In this document: positions 24,577 to 33,405 of the stretch, one piece after another
Layout: each line of letters opens with the position of its first letter
Numbering within the stretch: the first letter of the stretch is position 1
From: an uncultured Oscillospiraceae bacterium
Lineage (GTDB): Bacteria > Bacillota > Clostridia > Oscillospirales > JAAYOS01
DNA: 33,459 nt
NCBI GenBank assembly: GCA_964542515.1
Contig: CAZIVK010000001.1
Location: forward strand, 1-33,459
Direction: 5' to 3'
Made by a program: the position numbers and the translations under genes
Notes under the pieces: model-generated
The model's input: only the letters and a program-made list of their open reading frames with translations
What the model was told of the DNA's origin: nothing
Database searches by the model: none

Positions 24577-26018
24577 TAAAAATCAACCAAAGCATTGGCG
24601 CATTCCTAAATAAGCTCCTGGACACTGCCGGAAGGCACAAGATGTTTGAGCCGGGGCGTGGAGTCCTTGTTGCCCTATCGGGTGGTGCTGACTCCGTTGC
24701 ACTCGCTGCGGCTCTATTGGAGCTGTCCTCCCGCTTGGGAATAGAGGTCTCCGCCGCGCACCTAAACCACTGCCTGAGAGACGCTGAGTCAGATAGGGAT
24801 GAGCAGTACGTCCGGGACTTCTGTGCTAAATATGACATACCGCTGGTGGTGGAGAGCTATAATATTAAGGAACTGGCACTGGAGAAGCGCATGGGGATTG
24901 AGGAGGCGGCAAGGCTCGTCCGCTACAATTTTCTTGAGGGGAGCGCTGAACGCCTAGGCTGCGGAAGTATTGCCACAGCACACAACGCAAACGACAACGC
25001 GGAGACAATGATTTTTAATCTGGCCAGAGGTACAGGACTCCGGGGTCTCTGCGGCATACCACCTGTACGCGGGAACATAGTGCGCCCCTTAATAGATATA
25101 ACACGCAGTGAGATTGAACACTACCTCAACCTCCGTGGCATACCGTATGTAACGGACAGCACAAATGCAGACTCCACCTACACCAGGAATAGGATCAGGC
25201 ACTCCGTATTACCTGTCCTATTAGATATTAATCCATCATTTGTTGAAAAGGCTCGGGACACAGCCGCCCTCTTGACGGATGACGCAGACACCCTGGATGC
25301 AATTGCCACGGGAGTGCTAGCCACCATGGCACAGCCTAAGACAGAACCATCGCCTACCTCTGTCCTACTCAGTGTGGATAAACTTTTAGAGTTGACTCCA
25401 TCGTTATCGGGTAGAATTGTTATTGAGGCCAACCGCAGTATAGGCGGAGCTGAGCTCTCAAAACGCCATATTGAAGCGGTACTTGCGCTGGCAAGGGGAG
25501 AAAATCCATCGGCATCGCTAAACCTTCCCTCATATGTTGTTGCAAAGCGCAAATACAGTGATATAATATTGGAACGGTCTGAAAAACATGCGGACCCTCA
25601 CGTTTCCCAAAACACGCAACCTCGCAATCTGTCCCTGGGTGAAAATAACTTTGGGACATGGGTAATAAAGCTCGAGCTTGTTGGGGATAAGGGCTCCATA
25701 GAGACACAGCCCCATGGCGCCGCCATTGTTACACCACGGTTACTTGAATTTGGACTTAGCATCAGGCAAAGGGAACCTTCTGACACAATAGCCCCCAAAG
25801 GTAGGGGTTGGGGAAAAAGTCTGAAGAAGCTCTTTATTGATATGAAGATTCCGCGTGAGGAACGGGATAGGATCCCGGTAGTAACTTACAAGGGTCAGGT
25901 GGTAGCGGTACCAAACCTAGCACCGGACAAAAAATTTGCCGTAAATTCCTCCCCCGCTATAAAAATAACGTTCGAAAACCAGAAAAATGGAGAGTATGGG
26001 TATGCAAAAAGAAAATAA
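24573..26018 (+). CDS. tilS: tRNA(Ile)-lysidine synthetase TilS
   Basis: GTG start overlapping the dnaB stop (GTGA). PP-loop VALSGGADS and the conserved TAHNANDNAET motif. Located upstream of hpt-ftsH, as is typical of Bacillota. Confidence 0.88.
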   Translation: MIKINQSIGAFLNKLLDTAGRHKMFEPGRGVLVALSGGADSVALAAALLELSSRLGIEVSAAHLNHCLRDAESDRDEQYVRDFCAKYDIPLVVESYNIKELALEKRMGIEEAARLVRYNFLEGSAERLGCGSIATAHNANDNAETMIFNLARGTGLRGLCGIPPVRGNIVRPLIDITRSEIEHYLNLRGIPYVTDSTNADSTYTRNRIRHSVLPVLLDINPSFVEKARDTAALLTDDADTLDAIATGVLATMAQPKTEPSPTSVLLSVDKLLELTPSLSGRIVIEANRSIGGAELSKRHIEAVLALARGENPSASLNLPSYVVAKRKYSDIILERSEKHADPHVSQNTQPRNLSLGENNFGTWVIKLELVGDKGSIETQPHGAAIVTPRLLEFGLSIRQREPSDTIAPKGRGWGKSLKKLFIDMKIPREERDRIPVVTYKGQVVAVPNLAPDKKFAVNSSPAIKITFENQKNGEYGYAKRK

Positions 26019-26019
26019 T

Positions 26020-26562
26020 ATGCAGAAGGATCTGGCGAAGATCCTATTTACAGAAGCGGATATCAAAGAGAGAGTTCAAAGCCTTGCCGAGCAGATTACT
26101 GCTGACTATCGTGGAAAAACTCCCCTTCTAGTCAGTATTCTGAAGGGCTCGTTTATATTTATGGCAGACCTCGTACGGGACCTGGACATTGGCTGTACCA
26201 TAGACTTCATGGTGGTCTCCTCATACGGTACCAAGTCCAAGTCAACCGGAGCCGTAAAAATAATTAAGGACCTCGATGCAGATATTGAAGGTAAGGACAT
26301 ACTTTTGGTTGAGGACATTCTTGACAGCGGGTTGACCTTAAGTTATATTAAGGGAATAATGGAAACAAAAATGCCGGCATCGCTACGCATATGCACCCTG
26401 CTGGACAAACCCAGCCGCAGAACGGCTGACATAACAGCTGACTATATCGGGTTTACCATCCCCGACGAATTCATAGTTGGATACGGCCTGGATTACGCAG
26501 AAAAGTATCGCAATCTTCGGGAGATCGGGGTACTCAATCCGTCCATATATGAGGGCGAATAA
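26020..26562 (+). CDS. hpt: Hypoxanthine phosphoribosyltransferase
   Basis: The probable start is the ATG at 26020 (MQKDLAKILF), directly after the tilS stop; the track ORF from 25987 overlaps tilS. PRPP-binding loop ILLVEDILDSGLTLS. About 180 aa. Confidence 0.9.
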   Translation: MQKDLAKILFTEADIKERVQSLAEQITADYRGKTPLLVSILKGSFIFMADLVRDLDIGCTIDFMVVSSYGTKSKSTGAVKIIKDLDADIEGKDILLVEDILDSGLTLSYIKGIMETKMPASLRICTLLDKPSRRTADITADYIGFTIPDEFIVGYGLDYAEKYRNLREIGVLNPSIYEGE

Positions 26563-26577
26563 AGGAAGTGAGTTTAT

Positions 26578-28461
26578 TTGAAAAAAACTAATCTGAAGGA
26601 TATCGGATTCTACGTGCTGGTAATAGTAATCCTACTCGGAACAATCTATGTTCTATACCAGTCAGCTAAGCCCGTAGAAGCCATATATTCCGACGTGTAC
26701 CGGCATTTCCGTGAGGAAAGCGTCACAGAGTTTACAATAGAGGGAAACATTCTTACCGCAAAACTTAAGGACGGCACATTGATCCAACACACCATCCCCT
26801 ATATGACAATCTTTTACGAGGATCTGGGTGAAACCATAAGGGGCCAGTTGGACGCCGGCATTATTCAACAGAACAACTATATTGAGGGTTTTGAGACCCC
26901 CTGGTGGATGATGTTTGTGCCATACCTCGTGGTTGTGGTTATATTTGTGCTGCTGTGGTACTTCCTGTTTAACAAAAGCGGAGTGGGCGGCGGAGGTGGC
27001 GGTGCAAATAACGCCATGAAGTTTGGTAAAGCCCGCACCCGTCTGGGAACTGATGAAAAGAAGAAGATCACCTTTGCGGATGTAGCCGGAGCTGAGGAGG
27101 AGAAGTACGAACTCCAGGAGATCGTAGAATTCCTTAAGAGCCCCAAACGCTTTGTTGAGCTTGGCGCACGTATACCTAAGGGAGTATTGCTGGTGGGCCC
27201 TCCGGGAACCGGTAAGACCTACCTTGCAAAAGCAGTTGCCGGTGAGGCCGGAGTTCAGTTCCTTTCCATATCCGGATCTGACTTTGTTGAGTTATACGTG
27301 GGTGTAGGTGCATCCAGAGTACGTGACCTCTTTGACCAGGCCAAGAAGGCCGCCCCATCAATCATCTTTATAGATGAAATTGACGCCGTCGGACGTCAGC
27401 GTGGCGCCGGAATGGGCGGAGGACATGATGAGCGCGAGCAGACCCTAAACCAACTCCTCGTAGAGATGGACGGTTTTGGAAATAACGAGGGCGTCATCAT
27501 AATGGCCGCCACAAATAGGCAGGACATACTTGACCCCGCACTGATGCGTCCCGGCCGCTTTGACAGACAGGTATACGTAGGATTACCGGATGTCCGCGGA
27601 CGCGAAGCTGTTCTAAAAATTCACTCAAAGGGCAAGCCCCTTGACGCCAGTGTTGATCTTTCAATTGTGGCCAAGACCACAGGTGGGTTCTCCCCTGCTG
27701 ACCTTGAAAACCTCCTGAATGAGTCGGCACTTCTGGCCGCCAGAATGAAGCGCAAGGTCATCAACATGGAGGACATGGAGGAGGCTATGATCAAGGTCAT
27801 AGCGGGCCCTGCCAAAAAGAGCCGCGTAATATCGGATCAGGAGCGCAAGCTCACAGCATTCCATGAGGGCGGACACGCAATTGTAATGAAAAACCTCGCC
27901 CACCATGACCCCGTACACCAGATCTCAATTATACCCCGTGGTGCCGCGGGTGGTATGACAATATCGCTCCCAAGTGAGGACCGCTTCTTCATGTCAAGAA
28001 GTGAGATGTTTGACAGGATTGTAAGTCTTCTCGGCGGACGGGTATCGGAAAAGCTTGTACTTGACGATATCTCAACAGGCGCATCAAATGACATTCAGAG
28101 GGCAACAGACATTGCCCGTAAAATGGTAACACGTTACGGTATGAGTGAAAGCCTCGGCCCAATAGCCTTTGGTTCGGAGCATGACGAGGTATTCCTCGGC
28201 AGGGACTTCACCTCCACCAGAAACTACTCTGAAAACGTGGCCTCTGCAATAGACTCGGAGATTAAGAGCATAATAGACAAGGCATATGTGCGCTGTGAGG
28301 AGATCCTCAAACAGCACATTGACAAGCTCCATGCTGTTGCAAACTATCTGCTTGAGCATGAAACAATGGATGGTATCACCTTTAACACCTACTTTGAAAC
28401 CGGTTCTTTTGACTCCGGAGAGCAGTACGAGGACGTCATGATGCCCGACTTCATGAGTTAA
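26578..28461 (+). CDS. ftsH: ATP-dependent zinc metalloprotease FtsH
   Basis: TTG start after AAGGAAGTGAG. Two TM helices, AAA+ Walker A GPPGTGKT, Walker [10 protein letters not shown], second region of homology, and the zinc site HEGGHAIV. Confidence 0.95.
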   Translation: MKKTNLKDIGFYVLVIVILLGTIYVLYQSAKPVEAIYSDVYRHFREESVTEFTIEGNILTAKLKDGTLIQHTIPYMTIFYEDLGETIRGQLDAGIIQQNNYIEGFETPWWMMFVPYLVVVVIFVLLWYFLFNKSGVGGGGGGANNAMKFGKARTRLGTDEKKKITFADVAGAEEEKYELQEIVEFLKSPKRFVELGARIPKGVLLVGPPGTGKTYLAKAVAGEAGVQFLSISGSDFVELYVGVGASRVRDLFDQAKKAAPSIIFIDEIDAVGRQRGAGMGGGHDEREQTLNQLLVEMDGFGNNEGVIIMAATNRQDILDPALMRPGRFDRQVYVGLPDVRGREAVLKIHSKGKPLDASVDLSIVAKTTGGFSPADLENLLNESALLAARMKRKVINMEDMEEAMIKVIAGPAKKSRVISDQERKLTAFHEGGHAIVMKNLAHHDPVHQISIIPRGAAGGMTISLPSEDRFFMSRSEMFDRIVSLLGGRVSEKLVLDDISTGASNDIQRATDIARKMVTRYGMSESLGPIAFGSEHDEVFLGRDFTSTRNYSENVASAIDSEIKSIIDKAYVRCEEILKQHIDKLHAVANYLLEHETMDGITFNTYFETGSFDSGEQYEDVMMPDFMS

Positions 28462-28473
28462 TGGTACTAAATA

Positions 28474-28498
28474 AGGGGAGGCCAAATGGTCCCCTCTT
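28474..28498 (+). terminator. Weak hairpin after ftsH
   Basis: AGGGGA (28474-28479) pairs with TCCCCT (28490-28495) around a 10-nt loop, followed by CTT. The stem is short and there is no real U-tract. Confidence 0.3.
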
Positions 28499-28506
28499 GA
28501 CAAATA

Positions 28507-28515
28507 TGATATAAT
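28507..28515 (+). promoter_or_regulatory. Extended -10 promoter element for the ABC-2 operon
   Basis: TGATATAAT (TG-n-TATAAT) lies 110 nt upstream of the ATG at 28625. The TTGACA at 28497-28502 is only 7 nt away, so it cannot be its -35. Confidence 0.4.
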
Positions 28516-28624
28516 ATTCTGCGTCGGTGTTAACACAATATTAACATTAAGACGCAGGTGTTATGGTATACTTAGCTGGAATTTTTAAGTTTACTTACGC
28601 GGTTTCGCGTGGAGGGGAAAACGA

Positions 28625-29572
28625 ATGATTGAAGTAAGCAGCCTCACAAAGCAATATGGCGACAAGCGCGGTGTAGATGACATTTCATTTCTCATAAATG
28701 AGGGTGAGATTGTCGGATTTCTAGGCCCCAACGGCGCCGGGAAAACTACTACTATGAACATTATTACCGGGTACCTCTCAGCTTCATCAGGAACAGCAAA
28801 GGTTGCAGGTATAGACATACTTGAAGACCCAATTGCTGCAAAAAGGCACATAGGGTACCTCCCAGAGCATCCACCTCTCTATTTGGACATGAAGGTATCT
28901 GAGTATCTCGATTTTATTTTTGATCTCAAAGGCGCCAAAGTTCCAATGAAGCAAAAACATATCAAGGACATATGTGAGCTTGTAGGCGTTGAACAGGTAT
29001 ATGGCAGAATTATTCGAAACCTATCTAAAGGATACAGGCAGCGTGTTGGTCTGGCACAGGCGCTGATTGGAGATCCTGATGTTCTGGTTTTGGACGAGCC
29101 CACCGTTGGCCTAGATCCACGTCAGATCGTAGAGATTAGAAACGTCATAAAGATGCTGGGTAAGAGCAGAACAGTCATCCTATCAACACACATCCTACCT
29201 GAGGTTGAGGCGGTATGTGAGCGGGTACTCGTTATAAACAAGGGTAAAATTATAGCAGATGATGCCCCGCAAAACCTGGCCGGCAAGGTGTCCGGTGAGC
29301 ACAAACTTGCTTTGCGTGTTTCAGGCGCTAAAAACAGTGTAGGACAACTGTTACGTTCAATTGACGGTGTTAGGGCAGTCACCCCGCTCGCTGACCGTGA
29401 GCCCGGTGCTTCAGACTTTTTAGTTGAGTCCGTCCCATCAATAGACATACGTAAGCCAATGTTCACAGCTCTGTCACGTGCAGGATACCCAATCCTAATG
29501 ATGCGTCCACAGGACATGTCGCTTGAGGACATATTTATGTCCCTCACAGACGACAGCGCAGCCCATGAATAA
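28625..29572 (+). CDS. ABC transporter ATP-binding protein (ABC-2 / GldA-like)
   Basis: Walker A GPNGAGKTT, signature LSKGYRQR, Walker B VLVLDEPTVGLD and H-loop STH. GGAGGGG RBS upstream. A C-terminal ~90-aa accessory domain is present. Confidence 0.9.
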   Translation: MIEVSSLTKQYGDKRGVDDISFLINEGEIVGFLGPNGAGKTTTMNIITGYLSASSGTAKVAGIDILEDPIAAKRHIGYLPEHPPLYLDMKVSEYLDFIFDLKGAKVPMKQKHIKDICELVGVEQVYGRIIRNLSKGYRQRVGLAQALIGDPDVLVLDEPTVGLDPRQIVEIRNVIKMLGKSRTVILSTHILPEVEAVCERVLVINKGKIIADDAPQNLAGKVSGEHKLALRVSGAKNSVGQLLRSIDGVRAVTPLADREPGASDFLVESVPSIDIRKPMFTALSRAGYPILMMRPQDMSLEDIFMSLTDDSAAHE

Positions 29573-29593
29573 TCAAGGAGGGCATATAAAGAT

Positions 29594-30298
29594 ATGTTAG
29601 CTGTATTTAAAAGAGACTTACGTAGCTACTTTACTTCCCCGCTCGGTTACGTATTTATCGCCGCATTTCTGGTAGTACTGAACGCCTTTTTCTTTATTAA
29701 TAATATTTTGAGCGCATCATCCAGTCTGGCCCCGGTGTTTGGATTCATGCAGTTTATCCTAATATTTGTAACTCCCATTCTCACCATGAGACTTTTCAGT
29801 GAGGAGTTCAAACAGAAGACAGACCAGCTGCTCCTGACATCGCCCACAAGTGTCTACAAAATAGTAATGGGTAAGTTCCTTGCAGCTCTTGCAATGTTTA
29901 GCGTTGTTATTTTGTTTACGTTGCTCTACCTTATCATTGTATCAGCTTATGGTCAGCCAAACGTAAAACAGCTTTTGGCAAACTATATCGCCATCTACTG
30001 TGTTGTATCGGCCTTCCTTGCAATCGGCCTTTTCATTTCATCCCTAACTGAAAACCAGCTTATTTCAGCTGTACTTGCTCTGGCAGTCTTCCTTGGGCTT
30101 TACCTTGTGGACTACTCAGGTATCGGCCAGACCAACCCAATAGTTAACAATTTCCTATATGCCATTTCAATGTATAGGCGCTATGAGAGCATAGGCCGCG
30201 GAGTATTGGCGGTCAACGATCTCATCTATTATGTCAGTGTAGCCGCAATATTCCTTTTTCTCACCACCCGTGTCATTGAGAAAAAGCGCTGGAGCTGA
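29594..30298 (+). CDS. ABC-2 type transporter permease (GldF-like)
   Basis: 234 aa with about six hydrophobic helices. It sits immediately downstream of the ATPase, and the N-terminal FKRDLRSYFTSPLGYVF is typical of ABC-2/GldF permeases. Confidence 0.8.
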   Translation: MLAVFKRDLRSYFTSPLGYVFIAAFLVVLNAFFFINNILSASSSLAPVFGFMQFILIFVTPILTMRLFSEEFKQKTDQLLLTSPTSVYKIVMGKFLAALAMFSVVILFTLLYLIIVSAYGQPNVKQLLANYIAIYCVVSAFLAIGLFISSLTENQLISAVLALAVFLGLYLVDYSGIGQTNPIVNNFLYAISMYRRYESIGRGVLAVNDLIYYVSVAAIFLFLTTRVIEKKRWS

Positions 30299-30310
30299 TG
30301 AAGGAGATAG

Positions 30311-31765
30311 ATGATGAAAAAATTTAAATTATCCGGACAGAAAGTAAAATATGGGTCAATCACCGCAATATTCACAGTTTTGTTTGTGGCGGTTGCAGTG
30401 GTACTAAACGTCTTTGCAGGTGTTGCTACAGACCGCTTTGGACTAAGATTTGACCTGACAGACAACCGTATGTATGAGATTACTGATGGCACAAAGCAGC
30501 TACTGCAACAGGACCTCAATGAGGACATCAAAATTACAATTCTCAGCACTGAGAGTCTATATATTGACAACGCCTCATTCTCCCCAATCCGTGAGGTAAT
30601 ACTTAGGTACGTAGCCCTATCAAACGGTAAAATATCCGTGGACTATGTGGACCCATATATCAACCCTGAAGTTGTTGAAAAGTATGACGACATCAGCACA
30701 CCTACCTACAGGGACATAATAGTTGAGAGCGGCAAAAGGTACAAAGTGCTGAACCCGGCCGATCTCTACGCCATCCGCACAGACTACCAAACAGAGCAGG
30801 AATATGTTGCCGGACTGCAAGCTGAGCAGAAGCTTTCCTCCGCCATCATGTACTGCATTATTGAGCAACTTCCACAGGCTCTGCGCGTTGTAGGACACAG
30901 TGAAACAAACACTGTTGGGCTCAACTCCCTCCTGGTTTCAGGTAACTATAAAGTTGACACCATAAACCTCTCCGTTGCAGACATCCCTGACGACTGTGAA
31001 ATGCTCATAATCTCCTCCCCACGGACAGACTTCACAGTGGAAGAGATTGAAAAACTAGACGCCTACTTTGACAGAAACGGTAACGCAATTGTTCTATACG
31101 ACATTAACGTGCCTGAACTTCCTGTATTTGAACGCTTTATGGCGGACTGGGGTGTGCGCTATGAGGACGTCCTAGTGGCGGACTCCAACCAGTCAATCAG
31201 CCACCCCGCAAACATTGCCCCTTCACTACTGAGTCACGCCATGACAGAAAACCTGGCATCCACCAGTGAATACGTCGTGGTTCCCGGCGCTCGTCAGATA
31301 ACCCCCCTCTATGAAACATCCGGTTGGAGGACACTGAGCCCAATCCTTATATCGTCCTCAGCATCCTACGGTAAAGTCATAGACGGTACAAGCACTATAG
31401 CTGGATACAACAAGGAGGACGGAGACATAAACGGCCCATTCTTTGTAAGTATCCTGGCCGAGCAAAATAGAATAGACAACATGAATAACAACTACTCACG
31501 GATTCTTTTTTGCTCCGCCGGAATGGCAACGGATGACATCCTAAATGTGGATGCCTTCCTAAACTCAAGGTTCTTTGTACGTGCCATCAACTACATGAAT
31601 GAATCCGCCGACTCAATTGTAGTAGAGCCAAAATACTATACATCGTCCCAGCTTAACATCCTAGGTGATCAAGCTAACGTTGTTTTCTGGCTACTTGTTG
31701 TTATTATCCCTGCCGGCACACTGGCTCTAGGTATATTCATTTGGGCTAGAAGGAGAAACATGTAA
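30311..31765 (+). CDS. GldG-like ABC-transporter auxiliary protein (N- and C-terminal TM anchors, large extracytoplasmic domain)
   Basis: 484 aa with an N-terminal TM (ITAIFTVLFVAVAVVLNVFAGV) and a C-terminal TM (VVFWLLVVIIPAGTLALGIFIW). Its position after the GldA/GldF-like pair matches the GldG family. The ATG at 30314 is an equally good start (7 nt after AAGGAG). Confidence 0.7.
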   Translation: MMKKFKLSGQKVKYGSITAIFTVLFVAVAVVLNVFAGVATDRFGLRFDLTDNRMYEITDGTKQLLQQDLNEDIKITILSTESLYIDNASFSPIREVILRYVALSNGKISVDYVDPYINPEVVEKYDDISTPTYRDIIVESGKRYKVLNPADLYAIRTDYQTEQEYVAGLQAEQKLSSAIMYCIIEQLPQALRVVGHSETNTVGLNSLLVSGNYKVDTINLSVADIPDDCEMLIISSPRTDFTVEEIEKLDAYFDRNGNAIVLYDINVPELPVFERFMADWGVRYEDVLVADSNQSISHPANIAPSLLSHAMTENLASTSEYVVVPGARQITPLYETSGWRTLSPILISSSASYGKVIDGTSTIAGYNKEDGDINGPFFVSILAEQNRIDNMNNNYSRILFCSAGMATDDILNVDAFLNSRFFVRAINYMNESADSIVVEPKYYTSSQLNILGDQANVVFWLLVVIIPAGTLALGIFIWARRRNM

Positions 31766-31767
31766 TT

Positions 31768-31905
31768 ATGAACAAGGCCATAAAACCAATTCTTATTACA
31801 TTAGCGGCCCTTGTGCTTTTAGTTGGAGGATACCTCCTGCTAAAGCTCATCCCCCCGCTGACAGTCAGGTGGACGTCACCCCAACCACCACTCCCACCCC
31901 AGTAA
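31768..31905 (+). pseudogene. Detached 5' fragment (TM anchor) of the downstream DUF4340 gene, out of frame with its body
   Basis: The ATG at 31768 encodes MNKAIKPILITLAALVLLVGGYLLLKLIPP..., a classic signal-anchor. It then runs out of frame to a TAA at 31903-31905. The frame of the 458-aa ORF is open across this region but has no start codon before 31869. Confidence 0.55.
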
Positions 31906-33245
31906 AGACAACCTACCTCATCAACATAGACTACTATGACCTAAAGTATATGGAGTTTGATTTCCGTGATGACACAGACCTAAGTATAGGCGTTGTCCGC
32001 GGTGACAACATATCCTTTGACCTGGAGCCCGCACAACCCGGTTGGGACTACAGCCAGGAAAAGATGAGAGCGTCAGCATTTAATATCATATCAGTATCGG
32101 CTATAGCAGAGGTTGCCAAAGGTGTTACCAACTTTGCTGAGTATGAGTTGGACAAACCTGCCCTCAAAGCAAGGGCCATCTATGAAGGTGAAAACGGTGA
32201 GGAGTCCATAGAGCTCCACTTTGGTAAATTGACATCCCTCAAGGACTCATATTACGCCCGGGTAGCCGGTGAAGACACCGTGTACGCCGTAAGCAAATAC
32301 ACCGTAGAAAACCTCATGACCACTGAACTGATGTACAGGGAGATGAACTTCTTCCCGTCATACCTCAGTGAAGACAAAATGACCGTAGAGGCCGCAGGAT
32401 TCATTAGCTATGTCAGGCTCCGCAATGAATCCACCGGCATGGACATTGAAATCACCAAGCGCACCGCAGATGAGCTGGAGGCCATGCCTCTAGGCTCCAC
32501 CGCTTACTATATGACGAAACCTGTTGTGTCAGAATGTAATGACGCAGTAGTGGACCAAAAGATAATTAACGTAGCATCGGGACTCAACATCGTAGGAGTT
32601 GTTGCGGACAGTCCTGAGGACCTCTCCGAGTACGGACTGGATAAACCCTTTGACATCTGGTTGAAAAACACAGATGGAGAAGAGATTCACTACCTAGTGG
32701 GTAGCTTCAACGGTACCTCCGCCTATGTTATGGTTGAAGGCACCGACTCAGTTCTCTTTGCCGAGAACTTTGCATCCGGTCTCACAGACCTCAACTATGT
32801 GGATTACATGTTTAAGCTCGTCTGGATTCACAACATTGACAAAGTGAAGACCATCACATTTGACCTCAAAGGTGACAAACACCTTCTCACAATCCGTGAA
32901 AACTACAAGGATGAAGAGGGCAAACAGATCTTTGACGCAATTCTTGACGGCAAGCCCATTGAGTCAACCAATGCAAGGCGTCTCTACACCCGTGCTCTCA
33001 ACATGATGATTTCCGGAGATCTCCCTGAACCCATGTCGGTGGCAGGCAAAACTGCAGACTACACCACCATAATTACCATGACTGACGGCACAAAAGAGGA
33101 GCTGAGGCTCTACGCACTCAATGAGCGGCAGTACGCTGCAAGCGTAAACGGTGCAGACCCATCCTTCTTTATCAACGTCAGTGACCTCAGAAACCTCGAA
33201 GATGCATTTGCACTCATAGCTGCCGGAGAGGAAATCCCCCGCTAG
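31869..33245 (+). CDS. DUF4340 domain-containing protein (body; GldG-operon partner)
   Basis: 458-aa ORF with a Thr/Pro linker (VTPTTTPTP), then beta-rich repeats. Its position after a GldG-like gene is the usual context of DUF4340 proteins. The annotated GTG start is probably not the ancestral start (see the frameshift finding). Confidence 0.7.
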   Translation: MDVTPTTTPTPVKTTYLINIDYYDLKYMEFDFRDDTDLSIGVVRGDNISFDLEPAQPGWDYSQEKMRASAFNIISVSAIAEVAKGVTNFAEYELDKPALKARAIYEGENGEESIELHFGKLTSLKDSYYARVAGEDTVYAVSKYTVENLMTTELMYREMNFFPSYLSEDKMTVEAAGFISYVRLRNESTGMDIEITKRTADELEAMPLGSTAYYMTKPVVSECNDAVVDQKIINVASGLNIVGVVADSPEDLSEYGLDKPFDIWLKNTDGEEIHYLVGSFNGTSAYVMVEGTDSVLFAENFASGLTDLNYVDYMFKLVWIHNIDKVKTITFDLKGDKHLLTIRENYKDEEGKQIFDAILDGKPIESTNARRLYTRALNMMISGDLPEPMSVAGKTADYTTIITMTDGTKEELRLYALNERQYAASVNGADPSFFINVSDLRNLEDAFALIAAGEEIPR

Positions 33246-33254
33246 AACAATAAA

Positions 33255-33308
33255 ACCATAACCGCAAATTCCGAGTTGATAACCTTGACATGGATTTGCG
33301 GTTATGGT
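33255..33308 (+). terminator. Long-stem hairpin after the DUF4340 gene (possible terminator)
   Basis: CCATAACCGCAAAT (33256-33269) and ATTTGCGGTTATGG (33294-33307) form a perfect 14-bp stem, extendable by A33255/T33308, with a ~20-24-nt loop. It is followed by AAAATTTATCTT, a poor U-tract. Confidence 0.4.
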
Positions 33309-33313
33309 AAAAT
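33285..33313 (+). promoter_or_regulatory. Sigma-A promoter for tRNA-Gly
   Basis: TTGACA (33285-33290), a 17-nt spacer, then TAAAAT (33308-33313). The tRNA 5' end lies 16 nt downstream of the -10. Confidence 0.55.
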
Positions 33314-33328
33314 TTATCTTACGCAAGT

Positions 33329-33402
33329 GCGGGTGTAGCTCAATGGCAGAGCACCGGCTTCCCAAGCCGGCTACGTGAGTTCGATTCTCATCACCCGCTC
33401 CA
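33329..33402 (+). tRNA. tRNA-Gly (anticodon CCC), CCA-encoded
   Basis: Cloverleaf folded by hand. Acceptor GCGGGTG/CACCCGC, D-arm GCTC-AATGGCA-GAGC and anticodon arm CCGGC-TTCCCAA-GCCGG (anticodon CCC at 33361-33363). T-arm GTGAG-TTCGATT-CTCAT, discriminator T, and CCA at 33400-33402. Confidence 0.9.
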
Positions 33403-33405
33403 TTT

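Noticed and set aside
26986-27003. G-rich run (GGC GGC GGA GGT GGC GGT) considered as a simple repeat or slippage site
   Set aside because: It encodes the Gly6 linker between the FtsH membrane and AAA+ domains ([18 protein letters not shown]). The codons are mixed, so it is not a true homopolymer or microsatellite.
20786-28461. gdpP-rplI-dnaB fused to tilS-hpt-ftsH as one co-directional block
   Set aside because: Both sub-clusters are standard Bacillota synteny. Their adjacency here is a mild rearrangement of housekeeping genes and does not indicate a novel system.
28497-28502. Consensus TTGACA as a -35 box upstream of the ABC-2 operon
   Set aside because: It is only 7 nt from the TATAAT at 28510-28515, and there is no -10-like hexamer 16-18 nt downstream. 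The promoter call therefore rests on the extended -10 alone.
28084-28536. 150-aa minus-strand ORF spanning the ftsH 3' end and the intergenic region
   Set aside because: Most of it is antisense to the well-supported ftsH gene. It has no RBS and no recognisable protein features.
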